From Macrostomum lignano (taxonomy: Eukaryota): a DNA stretch of 64,000 nucleotides. Shown in pieces: positions 24,651-38,400 of this stretch. A program made the position numbers and the translations under genes. How positions within the stretch are numbered: the first letter of the stretch is position 1; every line of letters starts with the position of its first letter. The notes under the pieces are model-generated. The model was not told the DNA's origin. It saw only the letters and a list, made by a program, of their open reading frames with translations, and made no database searches. The stretch spans positions 31,373 through 95,372 of the forward strand of contig NIVC01003114.1 in assembly GCA_002269645.1 (NCBI GenBank). The letters are read 5' to 3'.

Positions 24651-24929
24651 TCTTTTTTATTTTGATCAACTAGATGCAATGATAAATATCACTTATTTTG
24701 CATGAAGTACGTTAATATACTTTACTGAACGATTAGACAAATCCTTGTGTATTTACAAACATCAGTTTTAGAAAGTGTAGAGCATTTGCCTGATGCCTGA
24801 TGATGCCTGAGGTATGATTATTTAAATAGCAGAAATGTTTTCATTACAAAAAAACTCAATATAAATGTTAGTTGAGCCCTTCAAAAAACAACGATTGGTA
24901 CTTTAGTTTATGTAACTCAGTAGGCACTA

Positions 24930-24930
24930 T

Positions 24931-25006
<76 letters not shown>

Positions 25007-25249
25007 GTCAGTCAGTCAGTCAGACAGACAGACAGACAGACAGTCAGTCAGTCAGTCAGACAGACAGACAGACAGACAGGCAGGCAGACAGACAGACACA
25101 CAGACAGACAGACAGACAGACAGACAGTCAGTCAGTCAGTCAGACAGACAGACAGACAGACAGTCAGTCAGTCAGTCAGACAGACAGACAGACAGACAGG
25201 CAGGCAGACAGACAGACACACAGACAGACAGACAGACAGACAGACGCTA

Positions 25250-25298
<49 letters not shown>

Positions 25299-25337
25299 GT
25301 CAGTCAGACAGACAGACAGACAGACAGTCAGTCAGTC

Positions 25338-25378
<41 letters not shown>

Positions 25379-25395
25379 GGCAGGCAGACAGACAC

Positions 25396-25446
<51 letters not shown>

Positions 25447-25449
25447 GGC

Positions 25450-25510
<61 letters not shown>

Positions 25511-25535
25511 GGCAGACAGACAGACAGACAGACAG
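24930..25535 (+). repeat. (GACA)n/(GTCA)n microsatellite
   Basis: Seen directly; explains ORF 24872-25756. Confidence 0.97.
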
Positions 25536-25540
25536 GCAGC

Positions 25541-28500
25541 TCAGCAAGCCAAGCCGGCAGTCAGTCCCAGCACAGCGCAGCCAGAGCTCAGAACTCGGCC
25601 AGCCGCAGCAGCCAGAAGGCGCCGGCCGCACAGCCAGTCGCCATGGGTCAGCTGAACGAGCCCGGACAGGTAAGCCACCAGGTGGGCGGGCTCATAGGTG
25701 AGGTAGGCCAGCCCGGCAGCGGTGGGAAACTCAGCCAAGTAGCTGGCCAACGCTGACTCATTGCTGGGCTCCCAGCTGCCGGGCTGGGTGCCAGCCGCCG
25801 ACTCGAACTCCATCAGTCGGTCGCGAGCCTGTCGCAGCATCGCAGCGGTCAGCGCTCCGCCACCAGCCGCAGAGCTCCGCAGCTGCACAGCGAGGCTCCT
25901 GGACTCGGCCAGCAGTTGCAGCAGCAGATTGTCGCGACTTTCGCTGCAAAATTCCGACAGAAGATCTTCTAACCCGCTGGGCGTTCCTGTTGCCATAGCA
26001 ACCGGCCCGACGCTGACGTGCATCGGCCAAGGCGACGGATTAGCGAGCTCTCGATAGCCCAGATGGCTCAGGCCCGCTGCCAGATCGGCGAATCGCTCGG
26101 CCTCATCGCTGCCGGCCACCCAGTGCAGGCGGCCGCAGCCGGACCGCTCGGCGCGGGCCAGGGCTGCCAGCAGGTCGCCAAGCCGCCTGCTGCACCAGGA
26201 CTCGCTGCCTGCCAGGCGGAGCCGGCTCAGGGTCTGCGGAGTGCGGTCGGTTCGATTCAGTGGCATCAGATGCGTGCAGTTTAACACTCTGGCCGCCAAT
26301 CCGCCCCCCAAACCTCCATTCCGCCCCTTCATTTCACCATTCCGCCCCTTTATCTCATCATTCCGCGACTTTATATCTCCATTCCGCCCTTAAAACCCTC
26401 CATTTCGCCCCTAAAACAATCCGCTCCGCCCTTATACCCCTCATTCCGCCCCTGACAACCTCCATTCTGCCCCTGAAACCCTCCATTCCGCCCTTAAAAC
26501 CCTCCATTCCGCCCCTGAAACCCTCCATTCCGCCCCCGAAACCCTCCATTCCGCCCTGAAAACAATCCGCTCCGCCCTTAAACCCCTAATTCCGCCCCTG
26601 ACAACCTCCATTCCGCCCCTAAAACCCTCCATTCCGCCCTTAAAACCCTCCATTCCGCCACTAAAACCCTCCATTCCGCCACTAAAACCCTCCATTCCGC
26701 CCCTGAAACCCTCCATTCCGCCCTTAAAACCCTCCATTCCGCCCCTGAAACCCTCCATTCCACCCTTAAAACCCTCCATTTCGCCCCTAAAACAATCCGC
26801 TCCGCCCTTTTACCCCTCATTCCGCCCCTGACAACCTCCATTCTGCCCCTGAAACCCTCCATTCCGCCCTTAAAACCCTCCATTCCGCCCCTGAAACCCT
26901 CCATTCCGCCCCCGAAACCCTCCATTCCGCCCTGAAAACAATCCGCTCCGCCCTTAAACCCCTAATTCCGCCCCTGACAACCTCCATTCCGCCCCTAAAA
27001 CCCTCCATTCCGCCCTTAAAACCCTCCATTCCGCCACTAAAACCCTCCATTCCGCCACTAAAACCCTCCATTCCGCCCCTGAAACCCTCCATTCCGCCCT
27101 TAAAACCCTCCATTCCGCCCCTGAAACCCTCCATTCCACCCTTAAAACCCTCCATTCCGCCACTAAAACCCTCCATTCCGCCACTAAAACCCTCCATTCC
27201 GCCCCTGAAACCCTCCATTCCGCCCTTAAAACCCTCCATTCCGCCCCTGAAACCCTCCATTCCACCCTTAAAAACCCTCCATTCCGCCACTAAAACCCTC
27301 CATTCCGCCCCTGAAACCCTCCATTCCACCCTTAAAACCCTCCATTCCGCCACTAAAACCCTCCATTCCGCCCTTAAAACCCTCCATTCCGCCCCTGAAA
27401 CCCTCCATTCCACCCTTAAAACCCTCCATTCCGCCACTAAAACCCTCCATTCCGCCACTAAAACCCTCCATTCCGCCACTAAAACCCTCCATTCCGCCAC
27501 TAAAACCCTCCATTCCGCCACTAAAACCCTCCATTCCGCCACTAAAACCCTCCATTCCGCCACTAAAACCCTCCATTCCGCCACTAAAACCCTCCATTCC
27601 GCCACTAAAACCCTCCATTCCGCCACTAAAACCCTCCATTCCGCCACTAAAACCCTCCATTCCGTCACTAAAACCCTCCATTCCGCCACTAAAACCCTTC
27701 ATTCCGCACTTAAAACAATTCATTCCGCCCTGAAAACAATCCGCTCCGCCTCCAGACCCCTCCATTCCGCCCCCAAAACCCTCCATTCCGTCCCCAAAAC
27801 CCTCCATTCCGCCCCTCGCGCACCTGAGCCAGCCGGTGCGACTCCCTAGCATAGCAGTCCTCGCTCTCCACGCGGCACTGCCGCAGCCCCAGCCGGTCAA
27901 CATCGGCCATCAGTCGCGATTTCCGACAATCCCCTGCATCGTCCCAATTCAAGCCGCTCGGATTCGAACCATCGACTTTGCCCGCCGGCACGGAAGCGAC
28001 CAAGTCGTCAACCCGATGACCGAACGCTCTGTTGATTTGCAGCACAAAATTTGCTACCAATGCGACTCGTACGCCTTGGGGGGTCAGGCGACCACCCCGT
28101 GGACACGGCCAGGTGATCAGCACGGACTGGCGGGGACACGGCTGGACGCCCGGCGGCAGCGACTCGAACCCGAAAGCGGGCGCCTCGGCGCTCAACACTC
28201 GGGACAGCAGCTGCCGTTGGCGACGCTGCTCGAAGCCGCCTCGAAGGCGAGGAAAACTGAAGGCAGCCGCAGGCGGCGGCGGATGGCCGGCTCGGCTCTG
28301 CCGGCTCGACAGTCTGAAATGCCGGGCACGGTTTGGGGCGGGGAAGTGGACTAACTGTCTCATTGTATCTAAACCCCATCTAACCCTGCCTCATCCTATC
28401 TCACCCTGCCTCATCCTATCTCAGCGTCTCATCCTATCTCACCCTGCCTCATCCCATTTTACCCTGTCTAATCCTATCTCACCCTGTCTAATCCTATCTC

Positions 28501-29081
28501 ACCCTGCCTCATCCTATCTCACCCTGTCTAATCCTATCTCACCCTGCCTCATCCTATCTCACCCTGTCTAATCCTATCTCACCCTGTCTAATCCTATCTC
28601 ACCCTGCTTAATCCTATCTCACCCTGTCTAATCCTATCTCACCCTGTCTAATCCTATCTCACCCTGTCTAATCCTATCTCACCCTGTCTAATCCTATCTC
28701 ACCCTGCCTCATCCTATCTCCTCCTGCTTCATCTTATCTCCCCTGCTTCATCCTATCTCACCCTGACTCATCCCCTCACTCTGACTCATTCCATCTCACC
28801 ATGACTCATCCTATCTCACTCTGACTCATCCTATCTCACCCTAACTTATCCTGTTCGATCCTATCTAAAGTTTATCTCAATTTGTCTTACGCTCGTGCCT
28901 GTCCTACAGCCTCGTTGAATCCAGACCTTTGTCTCACTATTACTATCTCAATCCAGTCTTACATTATCTTACATACATGTAAGTAAAACACAAAAGTCCC
29001 ATATCGCAGGAATAAAAGGCTTTCTTTCCTAGCTATAAGCGCTCACCTCTGGTAGAAGCGGTCACTCCACGAGTAGCTCAT
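25541..29081 (-). CDS. DALRD3: Degenerate arginyl-tRNA-synthetase-like protein with C-terminal DALR domain (DALRD3-like), 3 exons
   Basis: Exons 29081-29047, 28313-27824, 26233-25541 (phases 2 and 0). VLITWPC...GVRVALVANFVLQINRAFGHRV aligns by eye with the ArgRS HIGH region but lacks HIGH; LHWVAG and HVSVGPV follow; the C-terminus ESALASYLAEFP...YEPAHLVAYL...LLAAAAGRVLSSGCAVLGL fits a DALR anticodon-binding domain. Orthology is not established. Confidence 0.6.
26310..27816 (+). repeat. 21-nt minisatellite ACCCTCCATTCCGCCACTAAA with ~377-nt higher-order duplication
   Basis: Seen directly; the landmark tcgcccctaaaacaatccgctccgccc recurs at ~26405 and ~26780. Confidence 0.95.
28375..28865 (+). 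repeat. 20-nt minisatellite ATCCTATCTCACCCTGTCTA
   Basis: Seen directly. Confidence 0.95.
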
Positions 29082-29624
29082 TCGGTTTCAACCAATCAAT
29101 CAATAAATCAGTCAGTCAATCAGTCAATACTAAGCCAAAACTTGAACTCTTTAAAAAGTCCACACAGAAGTCAGCTGACGCGGTGGCCGGGGGTGCTCAC
29201 AAGCGCACTAATTTTGCACAATGCTTTTATAGTGTACTCGAAATTTTATAATGCCGATCTCACTGGACCCTGCGGGCTTGTTCTCTAGTTGGAGTTCTTA
29301 ATAAAAAGGCCTGTTTAAAAGAAAAGTGGAGGTGGAGGGCCTGAGCGCAGTTCTAGACATTTCCAAAACGAGAAAAGAGAGAGAGAGAGAGAGACGAAGA
29401 GAAACAAGAGGCATGGATTTCTGGAATAAAGAGTCTGGACTGAGTGAATTTCACAGACACTACTCATACGAAGTTATGTAACTAATCTTTAATCCATCCG
29501 ACTTCATATCTTTGAGAGAAGTCTTGAGAACTGCTGAGCTCACTATGACTCAAAAATTGAAAAACAAAAAGTAACAAGTGAGAATTCTCAAAGATGTGAA
29601 CCGTTGTGAGCTGTTGTAAAGTTT

Positions 29625-30125
29625 TGAGTCTGTGAAGATTTGAGTTTGTGAAGATTTGAGTCTGTGAAGATTAGAGTCTGTGAAGGTTCGAGTCTGTGAA
29701 GTTTCAAGTCTGTGAAGATTTGAGTCTGAAGATTTGAGTCTGTGAAGATTTGAGTCTGAAGGTTTAAGTCTGTGAAGATTTGAGTTGTGAAGATTTGAGT
29801 CTGTTAAGATTTGAGTCTGTGAAGATTTGAGTCTGTTAAGATTCGAATCTGTGAAGATTTGAGTCTGTGAAGGTTCGAGTCTGTGAAGATTTGAGTCTGT
29901 TAAGATTCGAATCTGTGAAGGTTCGAGTCTGTGAAGGTTCGAGTCTGTGAAGTTTCAAGTCTGTGAAGGTTCGAGTCTGTGAAGGTTCGAGTCTGTGAAG
30001 TTTCAAGTCTGTGAAGGTTCGAGTCTGTGAAGGTTCGAGTCTGTGAAGTTTCAAGTCTGTGAAGATTTGAATCTGTGAAGGTTCGAGTCTGTGAAGATTC
30101 GAGTTGTGAAGATTCGAGTTTGTGA
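29625..30125 (+). repeat. 16-nt minisatellite GAGTCTGTGAAGATTT
   Basis: Seen directly. Confidence 0.95.
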
Positions 30126-30680
30126 AGGTTTCGAGATGGTGCAAGCAGCTCTCTCCTCCACATTCAGTGCAAAGCAAGGAGTTATTTTCCTATCCAGACA
30201 GTCATTTTCATAATCACAAACTCCTTGGCGAAACAGCACAGAAAAAATCAACAATAGACAGAGCAGCTCTCAAAAGTGCACCCGAATTTGCACACGGCGC
30301 CTGAGGGTCTTAAGCTGCCTAAGTCTTTTGAACGAGAGAGAAAAAATGCAGACTCAAACTGATGAAACAACTCTCTATTAAACCGTGTTGCAGTTTTGTT
30401 TATTTTACATGAACTGGTTATGCAGATGACCAGAAACTGAGCTGGGTAAAAAACAGCTAATAGCAATACTGACAAATAAATATGCTAAAATATACGTTTG
30501 ATAATTAATTTTGTTATTTTGTAACAACTTGGCAAATTAGTGAAACTTTATATTAGTAACAGGTTAAATTTATTGCAGGAAAAAATGGTATGGTCGAATT
30601 TTAAAACTGTTCCATTGTGATCAGCTAATAACATATGATTGGGTGCGATCTGCGAATGCAAAACAGAGATATGCTGCAGT

Positions 30681-32430
30681 GAATCTACCAGTGAACTTTC
30701 AAATCTACCAGTGAACTTTCAAATCTACCAGTGAACTTTCACATCTACCAGTGAACTTTCAAATCTACCAGTGAACTTTCAAATATACCAGTGAACTTCC
30801 ACATCTACCAGTGAACTTTCAAATCTACCAGTGAACTTTCAAATCTACCAGTGAACTTTCAAATCTACCAGTGAACTTTCAAATATACCAGTGAACTTCC
30901 ACATCTACCAGTGAACTTCTAAATCTCCTAGTGAACTTCTAAATCTACCAGCGAACTTCTAAATCTCCTAGTGAACTTCTAAATCTCCTAGTGAACTTCT
31001 AAATCTACCAGCGAACTTCCAAATTTATCAATGAACTTCCAAATCTACCAGTGAACTTTCAAATCTACCAGTGAACTTTCAAATCTACCAGTGAACTTTC
31101 AAATCTACCAGTGAACTTCCAAATCTACCACTGAGCTTCCAAATCTACTACTGAGCTTCCAAATCTACTACTGAGCTTCCAAATCTACAACTGAGCTTCC
31201 AAATCTACTACTGAGCTTCCAAATCTACCACTGAGCTTCCAAATATACCACTGAGCTTCCAAATCTACAACTGAGCTTCCAAATCTACTACTGAGCTTCC
31301 AAATCTACAACTGAGCTTCCAAATCTACAACTGAGCTTCCAAATCTACTACTGAGCTTCCAAATCTACAACTGAGCTTCCAAATCTACTACTGAGCTTCC
31401 AAATCTACAACTGAGCTTCCAAATCTACAACTGAGCTTCCAAATCTACTACTGAGCTTCCAAATCTACAACTGAGCTTCCAAATCTACAACTGAGCTTCC
31501 AAATCTACTACTGAGCTTCCAAATCTACAACTGAGCTTCCAAATCTACAACTGAGCTTCCAAATCTACCACTGAGCTTCCAAATCTACCACTGAGCTTCC
31601 AAATCTACTACTGAGCTTCCAAATCTACAACTGAGCTTCCAAATCTACTACTGAGCTTCCAAATCTACCACTGAGCTTCCAAATCTACAACTGAGCTTCC
31701 AAATCTACCACTGAGCTTCCAAATCTACAACTGAGCTTCCAAATATACCACTGAGCTTCCAAATCTACAACTGAGCTTCCAAATCTACAACTGAGCTTCC
31801 AAATCTACAACTGAGCTTCCAAATCTACCACTGAGCTTCCAAATCTACAACTGAGCTTCCAAATCTAGTACTGAGCTTCCAAATATACCACTGAGCTTCC
31901 AAATCTACAACTGAGCTTCCAAATCTACCACTGAGCTTCCAAATATACCACTGAGCTTCCAAATCTACAACTGAGCTTCCAAATGTACCACTGAGCTTCC
32001 AAATCTACCACTGAGCTTCCAAATCTACCACTGAGCTTCCAAATCTACTACTGAGCTTCCAAATCTACTACTGAGCTTCCAAATCTACAACTGAGCTTCC
32101 AAATCTACCACTGAGCTTCCAAATCTACTACTGAGCTTCCAAATCTACCACTGAGCTTCCAAATATACCACTGAGCTTCCAAATCTACAACTGAGCTTCC
32201 AAATCTACCACTGAGCTTCCAAATCTACCACTGAGCTTCCAAATCTACAACTGAGCTTCCAAATCTACCACTGAGCTTCCAAATCTACCACTGAGCTTCC
32301 AAATCTACAACTGAGCTTCCAAATCTAGTACTGAGCTTCCAAATATACCACTGAGCTTCCAAATCTACAACTGAGCTTCCAAATCTACCACTGAGCTTCC
32401 AAATCTACAACTGAGCTTCCAAATCTACCA
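30681..32430 (+). repeat. 20-nt minisatellite ACTGAGCTTCCAAATCTACC, ~1.75 kb
   Basis: Seen directly; begins a few nt past the DAGL stop codon. Confidence 0.98.
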
Positions 32431-32433
32431 TTC

Positions 32434-35400
32434 TTAAGCACTCAGCTGCAGCTGGCCCTCCCTGTCCAACTGCTCAACAAGCTGCTCCAAAGCTTCCAGC
32501 ACGCAGTCTGGCAGGTGATCTCTCAGCATGGAGGGCGACACTAACAATTCGTCGAAATCGTCTCGATCAGCCCAGACCGCGCGCCACAACAACGGCGCCG
32601 ATTTAGTAGGCCGCGCCGGCCTCACCAAATGAAGAATTCTGCCTGGCAGGTACAGCGGCGGTCGGCCAGTCTCGGCCGCGGCCGCCGCATGCCAGTCCCG
32701 ACGTAGTAGGCCTTCGACAAAGTCGTCAACTTCGATGCCATCTAAAGAATCGCTAGCTGCGCTGCTGACGCCGTTGCCGCAACATATGATGCGCCATTTC
32801 GGACGGCGCGCCCTGCCCAACAGGGAAGTCATGGTGGCCCGCATGCCGTCCAGCTGGGCGAGGCCCAGCCGACAAACGGCGTCCTTGCCGACCACCACCG
32901 AGGTGACGAATTGACGAGAAACTTCGGTTCCGGCGGCGCATAGAAGGCCGCCTGGCGGGCTGAAAGCTAGAACGCGCGGTCGACGATCGGAAGCGCGACA
33001 GGAAGCGGAACCGGAAGCGGAACCGGAAACAAAACCGGAACCGGCGGCTCGCATCCGCAATCCAAGGACTACGGCGACCCCGGCTCCGAGGCTGTGTCCA
33101 GTCAGCAGCAGAGGCAGATCCGTAGGCGTTTCCGTTAGCCAACCGGAAGACAGCAACAGTTGGTGAACTTGCTCGGCTGCTCGAGCGATGCCGCTGTGAC
33201 TGGAACAAGTGGCTTCCGGGTGCGGGCGATCAACCTTCATTTTCGAATTTATTTGAGATTCTGAACGTGTTTTGATTAGTTCTTCGCTGTAGTGCACAGT
33301 TTTTGGTCTGAAGTCTGTCGAATCTGGAGTAGATCGAACAGCTTCCGGTGTAGATTGAACAGATTCCGGTGCAGATTGAACAGCTTCCGGTGCAGATTGA
33401 ACAGCTTCCGGTGTAGATTGATTAGCTTCCGGTGTAGACTGAACAGCTTCCGGTGTAGATTGATTAGCTTCCGGTGTAGATTGAACAGCTTCCGGTGTAG
33501 ATTGATTAGCTTCCGGTGTAGATTGATTAGCTTCCGGTGTAGATTGAACAGCTTCCGGTGTAGATTGATTAGCTTCCGGTGTAGATTGATTAGCTTCCGG
33601 TGTAGATTGAACAGCTTCCGGTGTAGATTGAACAGCTTCCGGTGTAGATTGAACAGCTTCCGGTGTAGATTGAACAGCTTCCGGTGTAGACTGAACAGCT
33701 TCCGGTGTATGCACCTCCTCAGGTGGCGCCCAAATTCGTTCAGCATCGGCCCTCAAATCGGTGAGAACGTCACGCATAGACAGCGTGCCCCGGATAGCCA
33801 CAACCAGTCGGTTTCGCCGCTTATCCAAGCCGACGTAGAACGGCGTGCAGCCTGCGGCCTCAGGCAGCTCCTGGCTGACGTGCAGCAGCTGGAACGCATC
33901 AGGCCCGATGCCGCTGCGTCGGAGCAGGGCTTCCACGCTGGCGCGGGCGACGGCGCCGGGATCGTTGCGGCAACGGCGGAAGTCAAAACAGCAGCAGCAG
34001 CAGCAACCGGCGGTCTGCTTGTTGTTGCCAGGGCTGTCGTTTGGAGGGGGATACGGGGAAGGGATTACCACATAAATTTCTAAGTTAATAACAAAGACCT
34101 GTCGATCCGATAGTTGAATAATCCCTAGTTCAAGATGACATTGTCCAGGTATTAATCCCCAATTAGAGATCCCATTATCCAGGTATTGATGCCTAATTAG
34201 AGATCCCATTATCCAGGTATTAATCCCCAATTAGAGATCCCATTATCCAGGTATTAATCTTTAATTAGAGATCCCATTATCCAGGTATTAATCCCCAATT
34301 AGAGATCCCATTATCCAGGTATTAATCCCCAATTAGAGATCCCATTATCCAGGTATTAGTCCCCAATTAGAGATCCCATTATCCAGGTATTAGTCCCCAA
34401 TTAGAGATCCCATTATCCAGGTATTAATCCCTAATTACAGATCATATTATCCAGGTATTAATCCCTACTTAGAGACCCCATTATCCAGGTATTAATCCCT
34501 ACTTAGAGACCCCATTATCCAGGTATCAATCCCTAATTAGAGATCCCATTTTCCAGGTATTAGTCCCCAATTAGAGATCCCATTATCCAGGTATTAATCT
34601 TTAATTACAGATCATATTATCATCCAGGTATTAATCCCTACTTAGAGATCCCACTATTCAAGTATGAATTCAAAATTTCGATGTTCTGAAGCGACACTGA
34701 CTACTAGACTAAAATCGCCTAAAGACTATAGAGATACAAAGACTGAAGATTTATAACAAACAGATAAAATGCAAAAGTTGATTAACCTGAGCTGGCACAG
34801 CAGGCAGCAGCAATTAGTAGTGTAAGCCAGCATAGGGCAGCCATAAGCTGCCAATGCCAGCTTCATTCCGAATAACAATTCCGGTAGGAGGCTGGATGCT
34901 TCATCGCTGTCGGCGCGAAGGAACCGAGTGCTGGAAAGAATCGGCCTGCCAGACATGAAGGCCTGCACGTCGGCTGAACCGCTCTGTCGGTGTGAGAATT
35001 AATAAATTTGACTGTCAATATTAAATATTAATTGTAGTACTGTAGATAGGCAGAGTGCATTTCTAAGCCTAACCTAAACCTAACCGAAAACCCTAAACCT
35101 AACCTAAACCCTAAACCTAACCTAAACCTAACCAAAAACACTAAACCTAACCTAAACCCTGAACCTAACCGAAAACCCTAAACCTAACCTAAACCTAACC
35201 TAAACCTAACCAAAAACACTAAACCTAACCTAAACCCTAAACCTAACCTAAACCTAACCAAAAACACTAAACCTAACCTAAACCCTAAACCTAACCGAAA
35301 ACACTAAACCTAACCTAAACCCTAAACCTAACCTAAACCTAACCAAAAACACTAAACCTAACCTAAATCATAAACCTAACATAAATCCTGACCTTAACCT

Positions 35401-38400
35401 AAACCCTAACTAATGTAAACCCTGACACTATACCATAATCTAACCTGAAACATAACTTAAACCCTAAACCTAACCTAAATCTATCCTAACACAAACCCTA
35501 AACTTAAACCGTCAGTTAAGTGGCTGGCAGTCGATTCGTGTCTGTCCATCACGCCTACTCCCTGACTTGACCTTAGCCCAGCAGTGCCCAATTTTCAACC
35601 AACTGCTACACGAACGCACCTTCAGAGCCATCCTGGCCCGCTCTTTCTGATAGCGCCTGACCAGCACCAGCCCAGCAGCCACGTCGGACGGCACAACGTC
35701 CAGGTCGCGGAAGAAATCCGAGAACAGCCTAGCAACGTCGCGAAATGTCGCCTGAGCGTTGCGATCGTCGCCATTCAGACAGCAGAATAACCTGCGGCAG
35801 CGCTGGTCCCAGATGGCCTCGTACTGCACCAGAGCGTCTCTACCGGCATTGGACAGGGGAGGGAGTTGCACAACAGTAATTAATTCAAGTTATTATTAGC
35901 TGATTACAGTTACTGTGAATTTGTGCAACTTTCACTCTCACATCCCAGTTCACTCTCACTTTCCTATTCACTCTTACATCCCCGTTCACTCTCCCTTTCC
36001 TATTTACTCTCACATCCCTGTTCACTCTCACTTTCATATTTACTCTCACATCCCCGTTCACTCTCACATCCCCGTTCACTCTCCCTTTCCTATTTACTCT
36101 CACATCCCCGTTCACTCTCACTTTCCTATTCACTCTCACATCCCCGTTCACTCTCACTTTCCTATTTACTCTCACATCCCCGTTCACTCTCACTTTCCTA
36201 TTCACTCTTACATCCCCGTTCACTCTCACTTTCCTATTCACTCTCACATCCCCGTTCACTCTCACTTTCCTATTTACTCTCACATCCCCGTTAACTCTCA
36301 CTTTCCTATTTACTCTCACATCCCCGTTCACTCTCACTTTCCTATTTACTCTCACATCCCCGTTCACTCTCACTTTCCTATTCACTCTCACATCCCCGTT
36401 CACTCTCACATCCCCGTTCACTCTCCCTTTCCTATTTACTCTCACATCCCCGTTCACTCTCACTTTCCTATTTACTCTTACATCCCCGTTCACTCTCACT
36501 TTCCTATTTACTCTCACATCCCCGTTCACTCTCACTTTCCCATTCACTCTCACACCCCTGTTCACTCTGCAATTCACTCCCACATCCCCATTCACTCTCA
36601 CATGCCCGTTCAATCTCACACCCCCATTCACTCTCACATTCCCATTCACTCTCGCTTTCAAATTCACTCTTACATCCCCATTCACTCTCATCCCCATTCA
36701 GTCTCACTTTCCCATTCAATCTCGCATCCCAATCCACTCTGGCATCTTTATTTAATCTAATTCACCATCTATCGTTCCCCTTACTTTCATTACCCTGTGA
36801 AAAGGAAAGCTTTTGACTCATTACTCATTACTTCCGCCCACCTTTCACTCTTCTTATCACTCTTTCCTCACCCTTCTTCTCACTTTTCTATTCGATTCGC
36901 TCTGACATTTGTTTCCCTAGCTGCTATCGACTATGCCCAAAAGCATTACCATTTTTCCCAAAGTAGACAGCGGGACACGCACCGCTGCTTCCAGCTGTTC
37001 CGCCTAGCAAAGGACGTCCTCGACGTGGTGACAGCGTGATGACCGACTCGGTGATCCACAGAGTCGGCGGCAGCGGCGGGTGCAGGAGGGTTGGGGCGCA
37101 TTCGCAGCCAAACTCGGCCAGACCGATCGAAAGCGCACCAGACTGACAGCAGAGTGAGCAGCATGGCTGACCAGTTCAGACAGACGATTGCTGTCGATAA
37201 GAAAAGGGTGCAGGATTCATTTTTCTCTAAAGGGGGTGGAGGGCCCTGTGTGAGCGCACGTGTCTGTGGTGTCAGCGGAATCCCCTGACCTCCAACGCCT
37301 CAGCGAGCAACCGCTCCTTAAACGCATAAGGACCCCGTTGAAAATTTTACCGCGACAAGAATCGCTAAAGAGTCATAATAAACAACTCACAAGTGACTTT
37401 GGGGCGACTCTTGTAACTTTTTAAGCACCTCAAATCGACTGTAATGCGACGGAGAGGCGACTGTTGCGAAAAAAATTCGTCCAAGAGTCTAAGTGTTAGC
37501 GCTTAACTTTCTACTAACTCAAGTAGACTAAATAGAGTTGTTATCATAAATTCTAAATGCGATTCTACAGCGAGTCCAGCACGCCTCAGATCTGACTCTA
37601 CGGCCCCAGAGTGGTTTCAGAGTCGCAGACAATATGAGAACGTCTCAAATTGACTTTCAAGTGACATCTTGTCGTTTAAATAGAGCCGTCTATGGTCACT
37701 TCTTTCCTGTTGCTATCTAGGGTTGTTTGCTATATGGGGGTTCCTTGCTCTCGGGGAAGGGGGATACTTGCTATCTGGGGGATGCTTGCTATCTGGGGGA
37801 TGCTTGCTCTTGGAGGGTGGGTACTTGCTATCTGGGGGGGGGTGCTTGCTATTTGGGGGGGGGTGCTTGCTATCTAGGGAACATTTCTATTTAGGGATGC
37901 TTGCTATTTAGGGATGCTTGCTATTTAGGGATGCTTGCTATTTAGGGATGCTTGCTATTTCGTGGGAATGCCTGCTTTATTTAGGGGTTTAAAAAAATTA
38001 GATTTATAGCAAACGTCTTTGTCCGTGACAATTTTACTCGAATAAGGTGATTTATAAAACCGAAGGAATTGGTTCTTAAGAAAATTTGCTTTTGTATTGG
38101 ATTTGCACAAATAACATTTGCTCCTTGCTTATGGGCGCCTCGAAGGGGTGCATTAGATTGCTAGTCTTTCCTATTTCACCTGTGTTACCTGCAATGACTC
38201 TGGGGCATTGCAAGTGACTCTGAGACGCTTCTTGACCTGGATACCGTGACGCAGGCACGCTCTCACACAAGGTGCACAGCGGCCTGTGATTTCGGTGAGG
38301 GGGGGGGGCCTTAAAATCCAGATTCGCACAGCGCAAGCCTATAATTAATGCGGCAGCGCGCAAGGAATCGAACCTAGGCGGTGCTTTGACGCAGACTAAA

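Noticed and set aside
25988-26002. X-box-like GTTGCCATAGCAAC
   Set aside because: Lies inside a coding exon (VAMAT), probably coincidental.
26358-27903. MEGF/AEWRV repeat ORFs
   Set aside because: Intronic 21-nt satellite between DALRD3-like exons.
35885-36760. VRVNGD / HSHIPV repeat ORFs
   Set aside because: Intronic satellite of DAGL.
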